A stretch of DNA of 64,000 nucleotides from an uncultured Candidatus Micrarchaeota archaeon (GCA_963714085.1 OY970229.1:576001-640000), one strand, 5' to 3'. Counted from the first letter of the stretch, positions 37,840 through 46,920 are shown. Program-made: numbers and translations. The notes: generated by a model not told the origin, from the sequence alone.

Positions 37840-39021
37840 TCAGATGTGTTTGAGCAGTATGTTGAAGTAGGCTACAGACGCGACAAATGCGACCAGGCCT
37901 CCCACGCACACCACCAACAGACCGGTGCCGAGCGCGCTCAGCGCGAATGCGACAGCGCCTCCGAGCACAAGGCCGCCCAGGCCGATGATCGCCATGCGGA
38001 CCACGTCCGGGCCTTCTGCCACTGGCATCTGCCCTGGAGCGATCGGGATGGGCGGTTGCGGCGCAGCTACGGGCTGCGGAGCTTCTGGCTGCGGTAGCGG
38101 CTTGGGTTCCGGTACGAGTTTCGGTTGCGGCACGAGTTCCGGCTTCGGTTCGGGCTGCGGAGGAGCGACTGGCAGGGGCTCGGGCTCCTTTTCCTCCGGC
38201 TTCTCCTCGACTTTCTCCTCTTCGACCTCCTCTTTCTTCGGGATGAAATCCGGCTCAACGAAATGCCGCATCCTCCTTAGCTCTTCCTCCTCTTCAGGAG
38301 TCTTCTCGGGCGGTGCCGGGGCTGCCTCTTCTTCTTGCGGTTCCTCTTCTGTTTCCGGCTTCTCCTCGGCTTCCGCTCCCTCTTCGGTCTCGGGTTTCTC
38401 TTCGGCTTCCGGCTTCTCTTCCGGCTCTTCCTCGGGTTTAGGCTGCTCCTCTTCCGAAGGTTCCTCTTCAGGAGCCTCTTCCTTCTCCGGCTCTGCCTTT
38501 TTCTCGGGCTCCTCCTCGAACTCGGGGACGATTTCCATCTGAGGCTGGGGCGCCGCTTCCTTCTCCTCCTTCTCTTCTTCAGGCCCCTCTTTCTCTTCAG
38601 GTTCCTCTTCTTCCGGCTCTTCTTCCTTTTCCGGCTCCTCACGCTTGGCCTTGGACGGCTTCTTCTCCTCTTCCTTGAAGCTTTTGAGTATCCTCTGGGT
38701 CTCGGATTCGTATTCTGCACTGACAGGCGCCTTTTTCTCGGCCTCCTTCGCCGCCTTGCGTTCGCGCATCCTTGCGACGAACTCGTCCATACCGATCTCC
38801 TTCGCAGCTGGCTTGGACGGCGGTGGAGGTGCCGGGGCTGAGGGCATCTTCCGTATTGGAGCAGGGGGTGCCTTCCGTACCGGGGCTGGCGCGGCCTTCC
38901 GTACCGGAGCCGCTTTCTTCGGCTTGGCGGCGGCCTTCACCGGCTTTTTCACAGAAACTGCTTTTTTTGCCGGCTTGGCCTTTGTCGCTGCTTTCTTCCC
39001 TGAGCTTTTCTTGGGCGCCAT
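37840..39021 (-). CDS. Low-complexity protein: Lys/Ala-rich N-terminus, Glu/Pro-rich centre, C-terminal TM hairpin
   Basis: Composition of the translation; two hydrophobic helices at the C-terminus. Confidence 0.75.
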   Translation of the reverse strand: MAPKKSSGKKAATKAKPAKKAVSVKKPVKAAAKPKKAAPVRKAAPAPVRKAPPAPIRKMPSAPAPPPPSKPAAKEIGMDEFVARMRERKAAKEAEKKAPVSAEYESETQRILKSFKEEEKKPSKAKREEPEKEEEPEEEEPEEKEGPEEEKEEKEAAPQPQMEIVPEFEEEPEKKAEPEKEEAPEEEPSEEEQPKPEEEPEEKPEAEEKPETEEGAEAEEKPETEEEPQEEEAAPAPPEKTPEEEEELRRMRHFVEPDFIPKKEEVEEEKVEEKPEEKEPEPLPVAPPQPEPKPELVPQPKLVPEPKPLPQPEAPQPVAAPQPPIPIAPGQMPVAEGPDVVRMAIIGLGGLVLGGAVAFALSALGTGLLVVCVGGLVAFVASVAYFNILLKHI

Positions 39022-39116
39022 GAAGAGTATTGGAAAGAAACATCAATAAATGCTATCGGTTCCCTGGGTTCGACTCGGTAGAAATAGAAAAATGCTTGGA
39101 GTTTTTAAAAAAAAGA

Positions 39117-39224
39117 TAGCGGGGAGTGGATTTGAACCACTGATCTCTGGGTTATGAGCTTCGCCTTCCGGACAAACGCATTTGTCCGAAATCCAGCGGG
39201 TACTCCAAGCTACCCTACCCCGCT
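39117..39224 (-). tRNA. Initiator tRNA-Met(CAT) with 33-nt non-canonical intron at 30/31 (39160-39192)
   Basis: A1-U72 acceptor AGCGGGG/CCCCGCT; spliced anticodon stem CTGGG/CCCAG with three G-C pairs; BHB helix CGCT/GGCG. Confidence 0.92.
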
Positions 39225-39508
39225 ATCGTTTATTCCAAACCGTAGAGGCTAGGAACAGGATTGTATTAGGTAAGATGGCTTTATATTTGTGCACGTCAGG
39301 CGAACGGCCCCGTTCCTGAAGAAAACTACGCAGTTATTCGAATACACAAATCCACCAGTGCTTCGCATAAGGATAGCATAAGCGGCTTGGTTGATCCTCT
39401 TGAAGTCATCGCCTTCGAGCAAAGAAGGCTCGTAAATACCTCTTATCCTCATCGCCGCGAATCCATTATGCAGAAGAAGGATTTAAATCCGACAGGAGAA
39501 AGCAAATC

Positions 39509-39910
39509 ATGAACGAACCAGGGACGATAAGGAAGATCCTGAGGGAATCGAAGGTCATAGCGGTTGTCGGTCTCAGCGACAAGCCGGACCGGCCCAGCTA
39601 CGGCGTCGCTGAGTACCTGATGGAGAACGGATACCGCATAATCCCCGTCAACCCGAACATCAGGGAATGGAAGGGCATAAGGGCGTACCCGGACCTCACC
39701 TCGGTCCCCTTGAAGGTGGACGTCGTGGACATTTTCCGGAGGAGCGAATTCGTCCCTGAAGCGGTTGACGGAGCGATTGCCATAAAGGCCAAGGCGGTCT
39801 GGATGCAATTGGGGGTTTTGGACTCCGAGGCCGCAGAGAAAGCGGAAAAGGCGGGGCTTCTCGTGGTGATGGACCGCTGCATGAAGATAGAGCACTCGAA
39901 GATGAGATGA
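39509..39910 (+). CDS. CoA-binding protein (YccU-like)
   Basis: IAVVGLS.KPDRPS, IPVNP, VDIFR, VWMQLG, MDRC.KIEH. Confidence 0.92.
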   Translation: MNEPGTIRKILRESKVIAVVGLSDKPDRPSYGVAEYLMENGYRIIPVNPNIREWKGIRAYPDLTSVPLKVDVVDIFRRSEFVPEAVDGAIAIKAKAVWMQLGVLDSEAAEKAEKAGLLVVMDRCMKIEHSKMR

Positions 39911-39912
39911 AC

Positions 39913-39984
39913 TGGACTTGGGGGGACTCGCACCCCCGGCCTCCCGCGTGCAAGGCGGACGCTCTGCTGCTGAGCTACAAGCCC
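39913..39984 (-). tRNA. tRNA-Ala(TGC), no intron
   Basis: 72-nt cloverleaf, G3-U70, anticodon loop CT-TGC-AC. Confidence 0.93.
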
Positions 39985-40069
39985 TTCTGAGTACTCTTTC
40001 TATATCCGTATTCTTATATATTTCGTTGTTTTAGAACGAGGAATGGAAAAATTTGGGAAGAAAAAAAGA

Positions 40070-40186
40070 TTAAACGCTGCACCCGCCCCAACCGCAGGAG
40101 AAACAGGTCTTGCACCCCTCCTGGAAGATCAGGGACGAGTCGCAAACAGGACAGATACCCTTGTTTATTTTTTCTTTTTCCGTCAT
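40070..40186 (-). CDS. Small Zn-ribbon protein, 38 aa, like the C-terminal tail of class II ribonucleotide reductase (absent from ORF track)
   Basis: MTEKEKINKGICPVCDSSLIFQEGCKTCFSCGWGGCSV; T-rich tract follows the stop. Confidence 0.7.
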   Translation of the reverse strand: MTEKEKINKGICPVCDSSLIFQEGCKTCFSCGWGGCSV

Positions 40187-40413
40187 CCTGATCCCATGAT
40201 GGAGAACAAGATTAAATATTAAATAAGATTCTTTTCACGTCGATATTTTTCTTCCACGTTTGTTGACAAACCTAGTCAGGATTCACATCGCCACGGATAG
40301 GGAAAAATATTTTCGCGCGTTTGCGCGCTGCGATTCCTATTCGTAAAATCGTTTCTTGTCGTAGATGCGAATCGACGTGCGGAAAAAATAAAAACACACG
40401 GAATATGAAAAAT

Positions 40414-40583
40414 TGCCGGAGGGGGAATTCCCGTTCCGCGTTCCAGGATGATCCCGGGCGCGGGATTTCGAATCCCCGGCCTCTCGATTTCTCGGTGCTA
40501 CAGGTATGTCATCGGATTTCTCCTCAGCACTCATCGGTTTTACCTATGAGTCGAGCACTCTAAGCCAACTGAGCTACTCCGGC
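40414..40583 (-). tRNA. tRNA-Met(CAT), probably elongator, with two introns (37/38, 56 nt, 40489-40544; 59/60, 39 nt, 40428-40466)
   Basis: Acceptor GCCGGAG/CTCCGGC, anticodon stem CTCGA/TCGAG, T stem GGGGA/TCCCC; 75 nt after removing both introns. Confidence 0.88.
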
Positions 40584-40658
40584 AAAAAAAGCGAAGTTAT
40601 TGTCTTTTATTAGGTATTGTTTAAAATCGTTCCAGAACTGATTCTGGCGGGTTTTTGA

Positions 40659-43600
40659 GTGGATGAAAGATACTTCGACGGACTGAAGGCCGGGCTCGAC
40701 CGCGCCTATACGACCGCCAGCGAAGCCCGGAAGAAGGGATTCGACCCCGAGGACGAGGTCGAGGTGCGCATCGCCCAGGACGTGGCCGCCCGCGTGGAGG
40801 GCATCGTGGGCCCGCCGGGCATAGCGAAGATAATCCGCCAGCTCATCGAATCCGGCCTGACGAGGGAGGACGCCGCCTTCGAGATAACCAGGAAGATAGC
40901 GGCCGGCGAGGTCTTTCCGGCGCCCAAGGAGCGGCTCATAGAGCAGGCGGTCAGAACAGGAGTCGGCATACTCACCGAAGGCGTGCTGGTCGCGCCTACG
41001 GAAGGCATAGCGAAGGTCAGGATAAGGAAGAACCCCGACGGCTCGGATTACGTCGCGGTCTACTACTCGGGGCCTATACGGTCTGCAGGAGGCACCGCAG
41101 CCGCATTGAGCCTCGTGCTCGCGGACATAGCGCGCAAGGTGTGCGACGTCGGGGACTACCGCGCCACGGACACCCAGGTGGAGAGGTACGTGGAGGAGGT
41201 CAACACCTACGAGGCCAGGGTGAACCATCTGCAGTACAAGCCTCCGGATGAAGACGTGCGGCAGGTGGCGAGGAACTGCCCCATCTGCATAGACGGAGAC
41301 CCGACCGAGGACATCGAGGTGTCGGCCTACAGGGGCGTGCCAGGGGTGGAGACCAACAGGATACGCGGCGGGATGCCCCTGGTGCTCTGCGAGGGTGTCG
41401 CGCAGAAGGCCGCCAAGCTAGCCAAATACACGAAAAAGCTCAACCTGGGCTGGGACTGGCTGGAGAAGATAATCAAGATAAAGCGCAAGGCTGACAAGAT
41501 AGAGATAAAGCCTGATGACACCTACCTGGAGGGGCTCGTCGCAGGCAGGCCGGTGTTCGCCCATCCCTCGGCCAAAGGCGGATTCAGGCTGCGCTACGGG
41601 AGATCCAAGACCAACGGCATAATGGGCAAGAACATCCACCCCGCCACGATGGTGCTGCTGGATGGGTTTCCTGCCTACGGCACCCATCTGAAGATAGAAC
41701 GGCCGGGCAAGGGCTGCGTGATAGCAGGCCACGAAGGGCTCGAGCCACCGGTGGTCATGCTCGAGAACGGCAACGTGCTCAAGGTGCGGAGCATAGAAGA
41801 GGCGAACGAGCTCAAGGGGTATGTGAAAAGTATACTGTTCCTAGGCGACATGCTCATCACCTACGGGGATTTCCTGAAATCGAATCATCCCCTGCTCCCG
41901 TCCGGCTGGTGCGAGGAATGGTGGGCCAAGGAGCTGGAAGCCAAGGGGATCGCGGTCCCTGGGAAGATAGGTGCGGTGGAGGCGTTCAGCTTCAGCAGGA
42001 CCCACGGAGTGCCCCTATATCCGGAGTTCACGTTCCATTGGCATGACATAACCGTGGAGCAGCTGAAGGTGCTGGCGCGATGGCTGAAATCCGCCGAACC
42101 GCGCTGGGACGGGGAGCGTCTCGCGGAGCTGCTGGTCCCAAAGGGAGACGGCAAGACGGTGCTCGAGGAGCTGCTGGTGCCCCACCGCGTGCTCGGAGAG
42201 AAGATCGCGCTTACCGGGGATGACGGCTATTCGCTGCTCGCCTCGCTCGGGGCTTTAGACGGTACGCACATGGACCTTGCGAAAGCGGAGACCTCATTGG
42301 ACCCTGCGAAGGACGTTCTTGCCAACGTGTGCGCGCTCTCAGGAGTGGAGATAAAGGCCAAGGCGCCCACTTACATCGGTGCCAGGATGGGAAGGCCGGA
42401 GAAGGCCGCCGAGAGATCCATGGACGGCAAGCCGAACGTGCTTTTCCCGACCGGATCCCAGAAGAACCGCTCCATAGTCAAGCAGTACCGCACGCTCAAG
42501 TCCGTGGAGGGCAGGGAGAGGACCGTCAACCTCGAGCTCGCGCGCTACAGATGCGCCAAATGCTCCAACATCACGTTCCAGAGGGTATGCGAGCGGTGCG
42601 GTGGAAGGACGACGCTAGATACCGTGTGCCAGGTCTGCGGCAGATCCGTGAGCACAGAGGAGCACTGCGACAGGAAGACGCGCTCCTACGACCGCAGGCC
42701 GGTCGACCTGGTCGCCATGGTGGACTCCATAAAGACTGTGCTCGGTCCAGCTCCCGAGGATGTGCGGGGGGTGAAGGGACTGTCCAACGCCACGCGCATG
42801 CCCGAAAGGCTGGAGAAGGGCTTCGTCAGGGCGAAGCACAACGTCTATGTCTTCAGGGACGGGACCGCGAGGTTCGACGCCACGGACATACCGCTCACGG
42901 CCTTCACTCCGAAAGAGATAGGGCTGGCGCTGGAGAAGCTCGATGGGCTGGGCTACACCAGGGACATCTACGGCAATCCGATCACCAGCCCGGACCAGAT
43001 GGTGTACCTCCATTGCCAGGACATAATATTGTCGAAGAGGGGAGTCGAGTATTTCATGGGAGTGGCCGCGTTCCTGGACGAACTGCTGGTCAACTTCTAC
43101 GGGATGAAGCCGTTCTACGGGCTGAAGACCAGGGACGACCTGGTGGGGCACCTCGGGGTCGGGCTCTCCCCGCACACCTCGGCTGGCGTGCTCTGCAGGA
43201 TAATCGGGTTCACGAACGCGAACGTGGGCTACGGACACCCGTATTTCCATACCGCAAAAAGGCGTAACTGCGACGGGGACGAGGATTCAATCATGCTCCT
43301 CCTGGACGCCCTGCTCAACTTCTCGCGCAAGTACCTGAACGAGTCGCGGGGCGGGACTATGGACGCGCCGCTAGTGCTCACGCCGAAGATAGACCCCAGC
43401 GAAGTGGACGACGAGGCGCACACCATCGAGTTCGTGACCTCCTATCCGTTGGAGTTCTACCATGCCGGAGAGAAGCTCACCTCGCCGGCGGATTTCAAGA
43501 TGAAGACCGTGAAGAACGTGCTTGGGACCCCGGAGCAGTACGAGGGCCTCCCCATAACCCATCCAGGGGGCAGCCTGGACGTGGGGCCGACAACCACCAA

Positions 43601-44015
43601 GTACGTGCAGCTCGAGTCCATACCTGACAAGATAACCACCCAGTTCAATCTCCAGGCCAGGATAAAGGCCGTGGACGCGAAGAACGCGGCCGAGCGGCTG
43701 ATACTGAGCCACTTCATCCCGGACCTCTACGGCAACCTCCGTTCCTTCTCCAGGCAGACCTTCAGGTGCTCGAACTGCAATTTCATACACAGGAGGCCCC
43801 CGCTAATAGGAAAGTGCCTAAAATGCGGGGGGAACCTATTGCTCACCATAAACAAGGGCGGCATAGAGAAATACCTGGAGATAACCAGGAAGATAGTCAT
43901 GGACTATGAGCTGCCGGATTACATGAAGCAGAGGCTGGAGCTCCTGGAGAAGGAGATAAACTCCATATTCGAGGACGACAAGGTGAAACAAACAGGATTG
44001 GGGGAGTTCCTCTAG
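40659..44015 (+). CDS. polC: DNA polymerase D large subunit DP2
   Basis: GPIRSAGGT, GGFRLRYG, RMGRPEKA, AKRRNCDGDED, GGTMDAPL, C-terminal Zn finger and PIP-like QTGLGEFL. Confidence 0.98.
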   Translation: MDERYFDGLKAGLDRAYTTASEARKKGFDPEDEVEVRIAQDVAARVEGIVGPPGIAKIIRQLIESGLTREDAAFEITRKIAAGEVFPAPKERLIEQAVRTGVGILTEGVLVAPTEGIAKVRIRKNPDGSDYVAVYYSGPIRSAGGTAAALSLVLADIARKVCDVGDYRATDTQVERYVEEVNTYEARVNHLQYKPPDEDVRQVARNCPICIDGDPTEDIEVSAYRGVPGVETNRIRGGMPLVLCEGVAQKAAKLAKYTKKLNLGWDWLEKIIKIKRKADKIEIKPDDTYLEGLVAGRPVFAHPSAKGGFRLRYGRSKTNGIMGKNIHPATMVLLDGFPAYGTHLKIERPGKGCVIAGHEGLEPPVVMLENGNVLKVRSIEEANELKGYVKSILFLGDMLITYGDFLKSNHPLLPSGWCEEWWAKELEAKGIAVPGKIGAVEAFSFSRTHGVPLYPEFTFHWHDITVEQLKVLARWLKSAEPRWDGERLAELLVPKGDGKTVLEELLVPHRVLGEKIALTGDDGYSLLASLGALDGTHMDLAKAETSLDPAKDVLANVCALSGVEIKAKAPTYIGARMGRPEKAAERSMDGKPNVLFPTGSQKNRSIVKQYRTLKSVEGRERTVNLELARYRCAKCSNITFQRVCERCGGRTTLDTVCQVCGRSVSTEEHCDRKTRSYDRRPVDLVAMVDSIKTVLGPAPEDVRGVKGLSNATRMPERLEKGFVRAKHNVYVFRDGTARFDATDIPLTAFTPKEIGLALEKLDGLGYTRDIYGNPITSPDQMVYLHCQDIILSKRGVEYFMGVAAFLDELLVNFYGMKPFYGLKTRDDLVGHLGVGLSPHTSAGVLCRIIGFTNANVGYGHPYFHTAKRRNCDGDEDSIMLLLDALLNFSRKYLNESRGGTMDAPLVLTPKIDPSEVDDEAHTIEFVTSYPLEFYHAGEKLTSPADFKMKTVKNVLGTPEQYEGLPITHPGGSLDVGPTTTKYVQLESIPDKITTQFNLQARIKAVDAKNAAERLILSHFIPDLYGNLRSFSRQTFRCSNCNFIHRRPPLIGKCLKCGGNLLLTINKGGIEKYLEITRKIVMDYELPDYMKQRLELLEKEINSIFEDDKVKQTGLGEFL

Positions 44016-44029
44016 CCTCTTTCCGTCCA

Positions 44030-44866
44030 TCAGCGTGCGAGCCTTCTGAGCCATGCTGGGGCTTCCGCTCCATTCCCGGCTCCGGGTGCTTTGCCGCTCG
44101 TGTGTTTTTGCCTAAGCTCGCCCAGGTCCGCTTCCCGTGCCGTGGCGACCGGATTTTCCCTGCCTTTTGTGTTCAACAGCTTGAACACCGAGGCGTATTT
44201 GGCGTCATCCGGGGAAACCGGGATTGCATGAAGGGACCCAAGCGTGTCACAACACTTGGTGCATGCATGGCCCGCCGCTACTTCGCTGAGGGATTCGAAA
44301 GAGTACAGAGTTCCTTTTTCCCACATGAATAATTCTTTGCCCATCGGACCGTAACCTTGCACTTCGTGATGTTGTCCGTCCACAATCGAAGCATTGTGAT
44401 GTATCTCGAATCCGTTATAGAAAGGAAAACACGCACGGGTCAGTTCGCCCCCCGCGACTTCGAGAAGGATTTCGATGGGGTCGGTTATATCACGACGAAT
44501 CATTGTCATAATGCCGTATTGTCCGGCCCATTCTTTTTGCAGTATCTCCAGCATGGTCGGATGAAGTTCAACGCCGGCACCCAGCGCCCTTTCCAGATAG
44601 AACCGTATTTCCGTCATTGTCTGGCAGCAAAACGTAACGAAGTAATCGCTCCAGCGGCCGCTAAGGGGCTCTGGAGCTAGAAACCAGCTGTCCCTCAGTC
44701 CTTGGCGCATCGGTTCCCTTTGGCCTACGACAAAGTTCCAGAGCGCTTTCCTGTCGAATTGCACGGCTTTCTTGAACTCTTCATGGGCGTCATAGCTCTG
44801 GTCATGCTCTTCGACACTTGTCTTTAGCGCCTGGAGCATTTCATCTGGTATAGCGGTATGAGTCAT
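44030..44866 (-). CDS. Hypothetical protein
   Basis: 278-aa ORF, GGTGA SD, co-oriented downstream of 44891-45826. Confidence 0.7.
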   Translation of the reverse strand: MTHTAIPDEMLQALKTSVEEHDQSYDAHEEFKKAVQFDRKALWNFVVGQREPMRQGLRDSWFLAPEPLSGRWSDYFVTFCCQTMTEIRFYLERALGAGVELHPTMLEILQKEWAGQYGIMTMIRRDITDPIEILLEVAGGELTRACFPFYNGFEIHHNASIVDGQHHEVQGYGPMGKELFMWEKGTLYSFESLSEVAAGHACTKCCDTLGSLHAIPVSPDDAKYASVFKLLNTKGRENPVATAREADLGELRQKHTSGKAPGAGNGAEAPAWLRRLAR

Positions 44867-44890
44867 GTTTTGGTCACCATCCTTGTTTTT

Positions 44891-45826
44891 TCATTTTATC
44901 GTGCTGTCCACCACCACGCTCGCGCCATTAAGGTAGATGTTCCGGATCGTCATTTTGCCTCCAAAGTGGTGCTTGTACGACGCCGCAGCTTTGTCCGCGC
45001 ACGGATACTCCTGGCTGACGAACGCGTTTGTCATCGTCTCAAAGCCCAAATTCTCGAATTGCCGGAAAAGCGTGGCTGCAAGGAACGAGCAGTAAGGCGC
45101 GCCGTTCGGGTTGGTGATCGTTACTGCGATTGGCGAAAGCTGCGGCTGTTCGCTGAACGTGTCGACAATGGTTGCCGGTATGATTGCCCTTTTCCGTCCC
45201 GAGGGCTCGCGTTCTATGCCTTCGGCGTACCTTATCTTGCCGCGGCTAAGAACATTTCCCGCCAGGTTCTGGACAAAGCTTTCAAACGCAACAACCAGCT
45301 TTTCAGTTCCTTCAGCTATCCGTTTCCTGATGCCGGCCATTTCCCTGGCAGTCTCTTTTCCGGACGCGTCAAAATCCCTGTTGAAGAAATAAACCGGTTC
45401 CTGGGTTATGCCTGCCGCAGCCAGAATTTCGCGAATTTCGGCTGGCACTTCGTATCCCTTTTTGAAAGCCCGCTCTTCCTCGGAGCTTTCGAAGGTTTCG
45501 GGCACTATGTCGTTCGACATCAGCAGGATTGTCGGAGGCTCAACTTTTGCTTCAACGCATCTTTTGTAAGCCCGCGCGCAAAGCTCTATTGTCAGGAGCA
45601 TCTCTTCCCCAAGCAGGCGCGGGTCCCCGGGCTCTGTATTCGGCCCTTCGCGCACCACGTAGTTGCCGGTCAGCATCAGAGTCCGCTGTCTGGGGCAGGT
45701 CCGCACCATGAGCACCATGTCGTCCAGCAGGGCTTCCTCACCATAGAAGCCTTTGGGCGTTATCCTTGCAGCCTTGACTTTCGCCACCAGCATTTGTTTA
45801 TCCCGGCTTAGTTTGGTTACACACAT
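44891..45826 (-). CDS. Hypothetical protein
   Basis: 311-aa ORF divergent from an Lrp regulator; TATA-like element about 24-32 nt upstream of ATG. Confidence 0.72.
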   Translation of the reverse strand: MCVTKLSRDKQMLVAKVKAARITPKGFYGEEALLDDMVLMVRTCPRQRTLMLTGNYVVREGPNTEPGDPRLLGEEMLLTIELCARAYKRCVEAKVEPPTILLMSNDIVPETFESSEEERAFKKGYEVPAEIREILAAAGITQEPVYFFNRDFDASGKETAREMAGIRKRIAEGTEKLVVAFESFVQNLAGNVLSRGKIRYAEGIEREPSGRKRAIIPATIVDTFSEQPQLSPIAVTITNPNGAPYCSFLAATLFRQFENLGFETMTNAFVSQEYPCADKAAASYKHHFGGKMTIRNIYLNGASVVVDSTIK

Positions 45827-45870
45827 ACTTGATAATTAACACAAAATAGTATATTAAATATAACATATAT

Positions 45871-45884
45871 TTTTCAGCGGAAAA
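45871..45884. promoter_or_regulatory. Putative Lrp operator, TTTTC-AGCG-GAAAA
   Basis: Inverted repeat in the divergent intergenic region; 12/14 match to the reverse complement of 48048-48061. Confidence 0.55.
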
Positions 45885-45922
45885 TGGATTTATTTATCAA
45901 TATTTCCATATAATAGATAATT

Positions 45923-46891
45923 ATGAAAGAAAAGCTCGACAAAATAGACATGCGCCTGTTATACGAACTGGACTGGAACGCGCGCCAGCCTGAGACCGCG
46001 CTCGCCAAGAAGGTCGGGCGCTCGCGGGAGACCGTCAGCTATCGCATCTCCCAGCTCGAGAAACGGGGCATCATCTCCGGCTATGCGACATGGATCAATG
46101 TCTCGAAGCTCGGTTACCAGGGGTATAAGGTATATCTCAAGATAGGCGGCGACGAGAAGGAAAGGAAGGGGTTCTTCGACGAGCTCAGGAAGCACACAGA
46201 CCTGTTCTGGATGGGCATCGCGGACGGCGCATGGGACGTGGGGCTGACGTTCTTCGCCAAGGACAACGGGGAGTTCTTCCGAAGGAAGAACGAGATATTC
46301 TCCAAATACAATCGTATAATCCTCCAGAAATTCACCGGCGTCGCGGTGGCCGCATACGCCTACCCTAAAAAGGTCTTCTATCCGGAACCGAAGGACCACT
46401 ATCACGTGTTCGGCAGGATAGAGGGGAATGAGCTGGACGCTATAGACCGGAGGATAGTGTCGGCGCTTTTCCATGACTCCAGGATGAAGCTGGTCAGGCT
46501 GGCGACCGAGGCAGGGACCACTGTAGACATAGCGAGAAGCAGGATGAGGAAGCTCGAGGACAAAGGTATCATAGTCAGCTACAAGGCCACGATAGACTAC
46601 CAGAAACTCGGCCTGGAGTTCTACAAGGCGTTCCTCTATTTCGATTCCTTCCCGGAAGAGGACGAGAAGAAGCTCTTCGAGATGACCAAGCAGGATCCCA
46701 ACATCCTGAACGTGGTGACCCTCGTCGGTCCCTGGGACATCGAGCTGGAGATAATGGTGGAGGATTACCAGCGGTTCAACGCGATAATGCGGCGCCTCAA
46801 GGCCGAATTCCCTTCCTTGCGCAACATCGAGACCGCGACCATGTGGGGCGATTATGTCTTCCCGGCCAAGGGGACGATAATGAAGCTGTGA
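45923..46891 (+). CDS. Tandem (double) Lrp/AsnC family regulator
   Basis: Two HTH+RAM units: LDKID.RLLYELD.NAR and LDAID.RI...L..DSR; GAWD/GPWD. Confidence 0.9.
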   Translation: MKEKLDKIDMRLLYELDWNARQPETALAKKVGRSRETVSYRISQLEKRGIISGYATWINVSKLGYQGYKVYLKIGGDEKERKGFFDELRKHTDLFWMGIADGAWDVGLTFFAKDNGEFFRRKNEIFSKYNRIILQKFTGVAVAAYAYPKKVFYPEPKDHYHVFGRIEGNELDAIDRRIVSALFHDSRMKLVRLATEAGTTVDIARSRMRKLEDKGIIVSYKATIDYQKLGLEFYKAFLYFDSFPEEDEKKLFEMTKQDPNILNVVTLVGPWDIELEIMVEDYQRFNAIMRRLKAEFPSLRNIETATMWGDYVFPAKGTIMKL

Positions 46892-46920
46892 GCAGGGCGG
46901 GGAAAACGGAAAAGGGAGAA

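Noticed and set aside
39058..39080. GGGTTCGACTC, T-loop-like word
   Set aside because: No T-stem or acceptor pairing around it
39249..39452. 67-aa minus-strand ORF upstream of initiator tRNA
   Set aside because: No recognisable motif, and its 3' end runs into the likely tRNA promoter; could be a gene fragment but is unsupported
18639..39984. The two near-identical tRNA-Ala sequences as att sites of a 21-kb element
   Set aside because: Both are complete isoacceptor genes and the interval is mostly housekeeping genes
40236..40379. 9-bp inverted repeat CACGTCGAT/ATCGACGTG in the spacer
   Set aside because: Too short and too far apart to distinguish from chance
40659..44015. Intein in PolD DP2
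   Set aside because: AKRRNCDGDED is uninterrupted and length is normal
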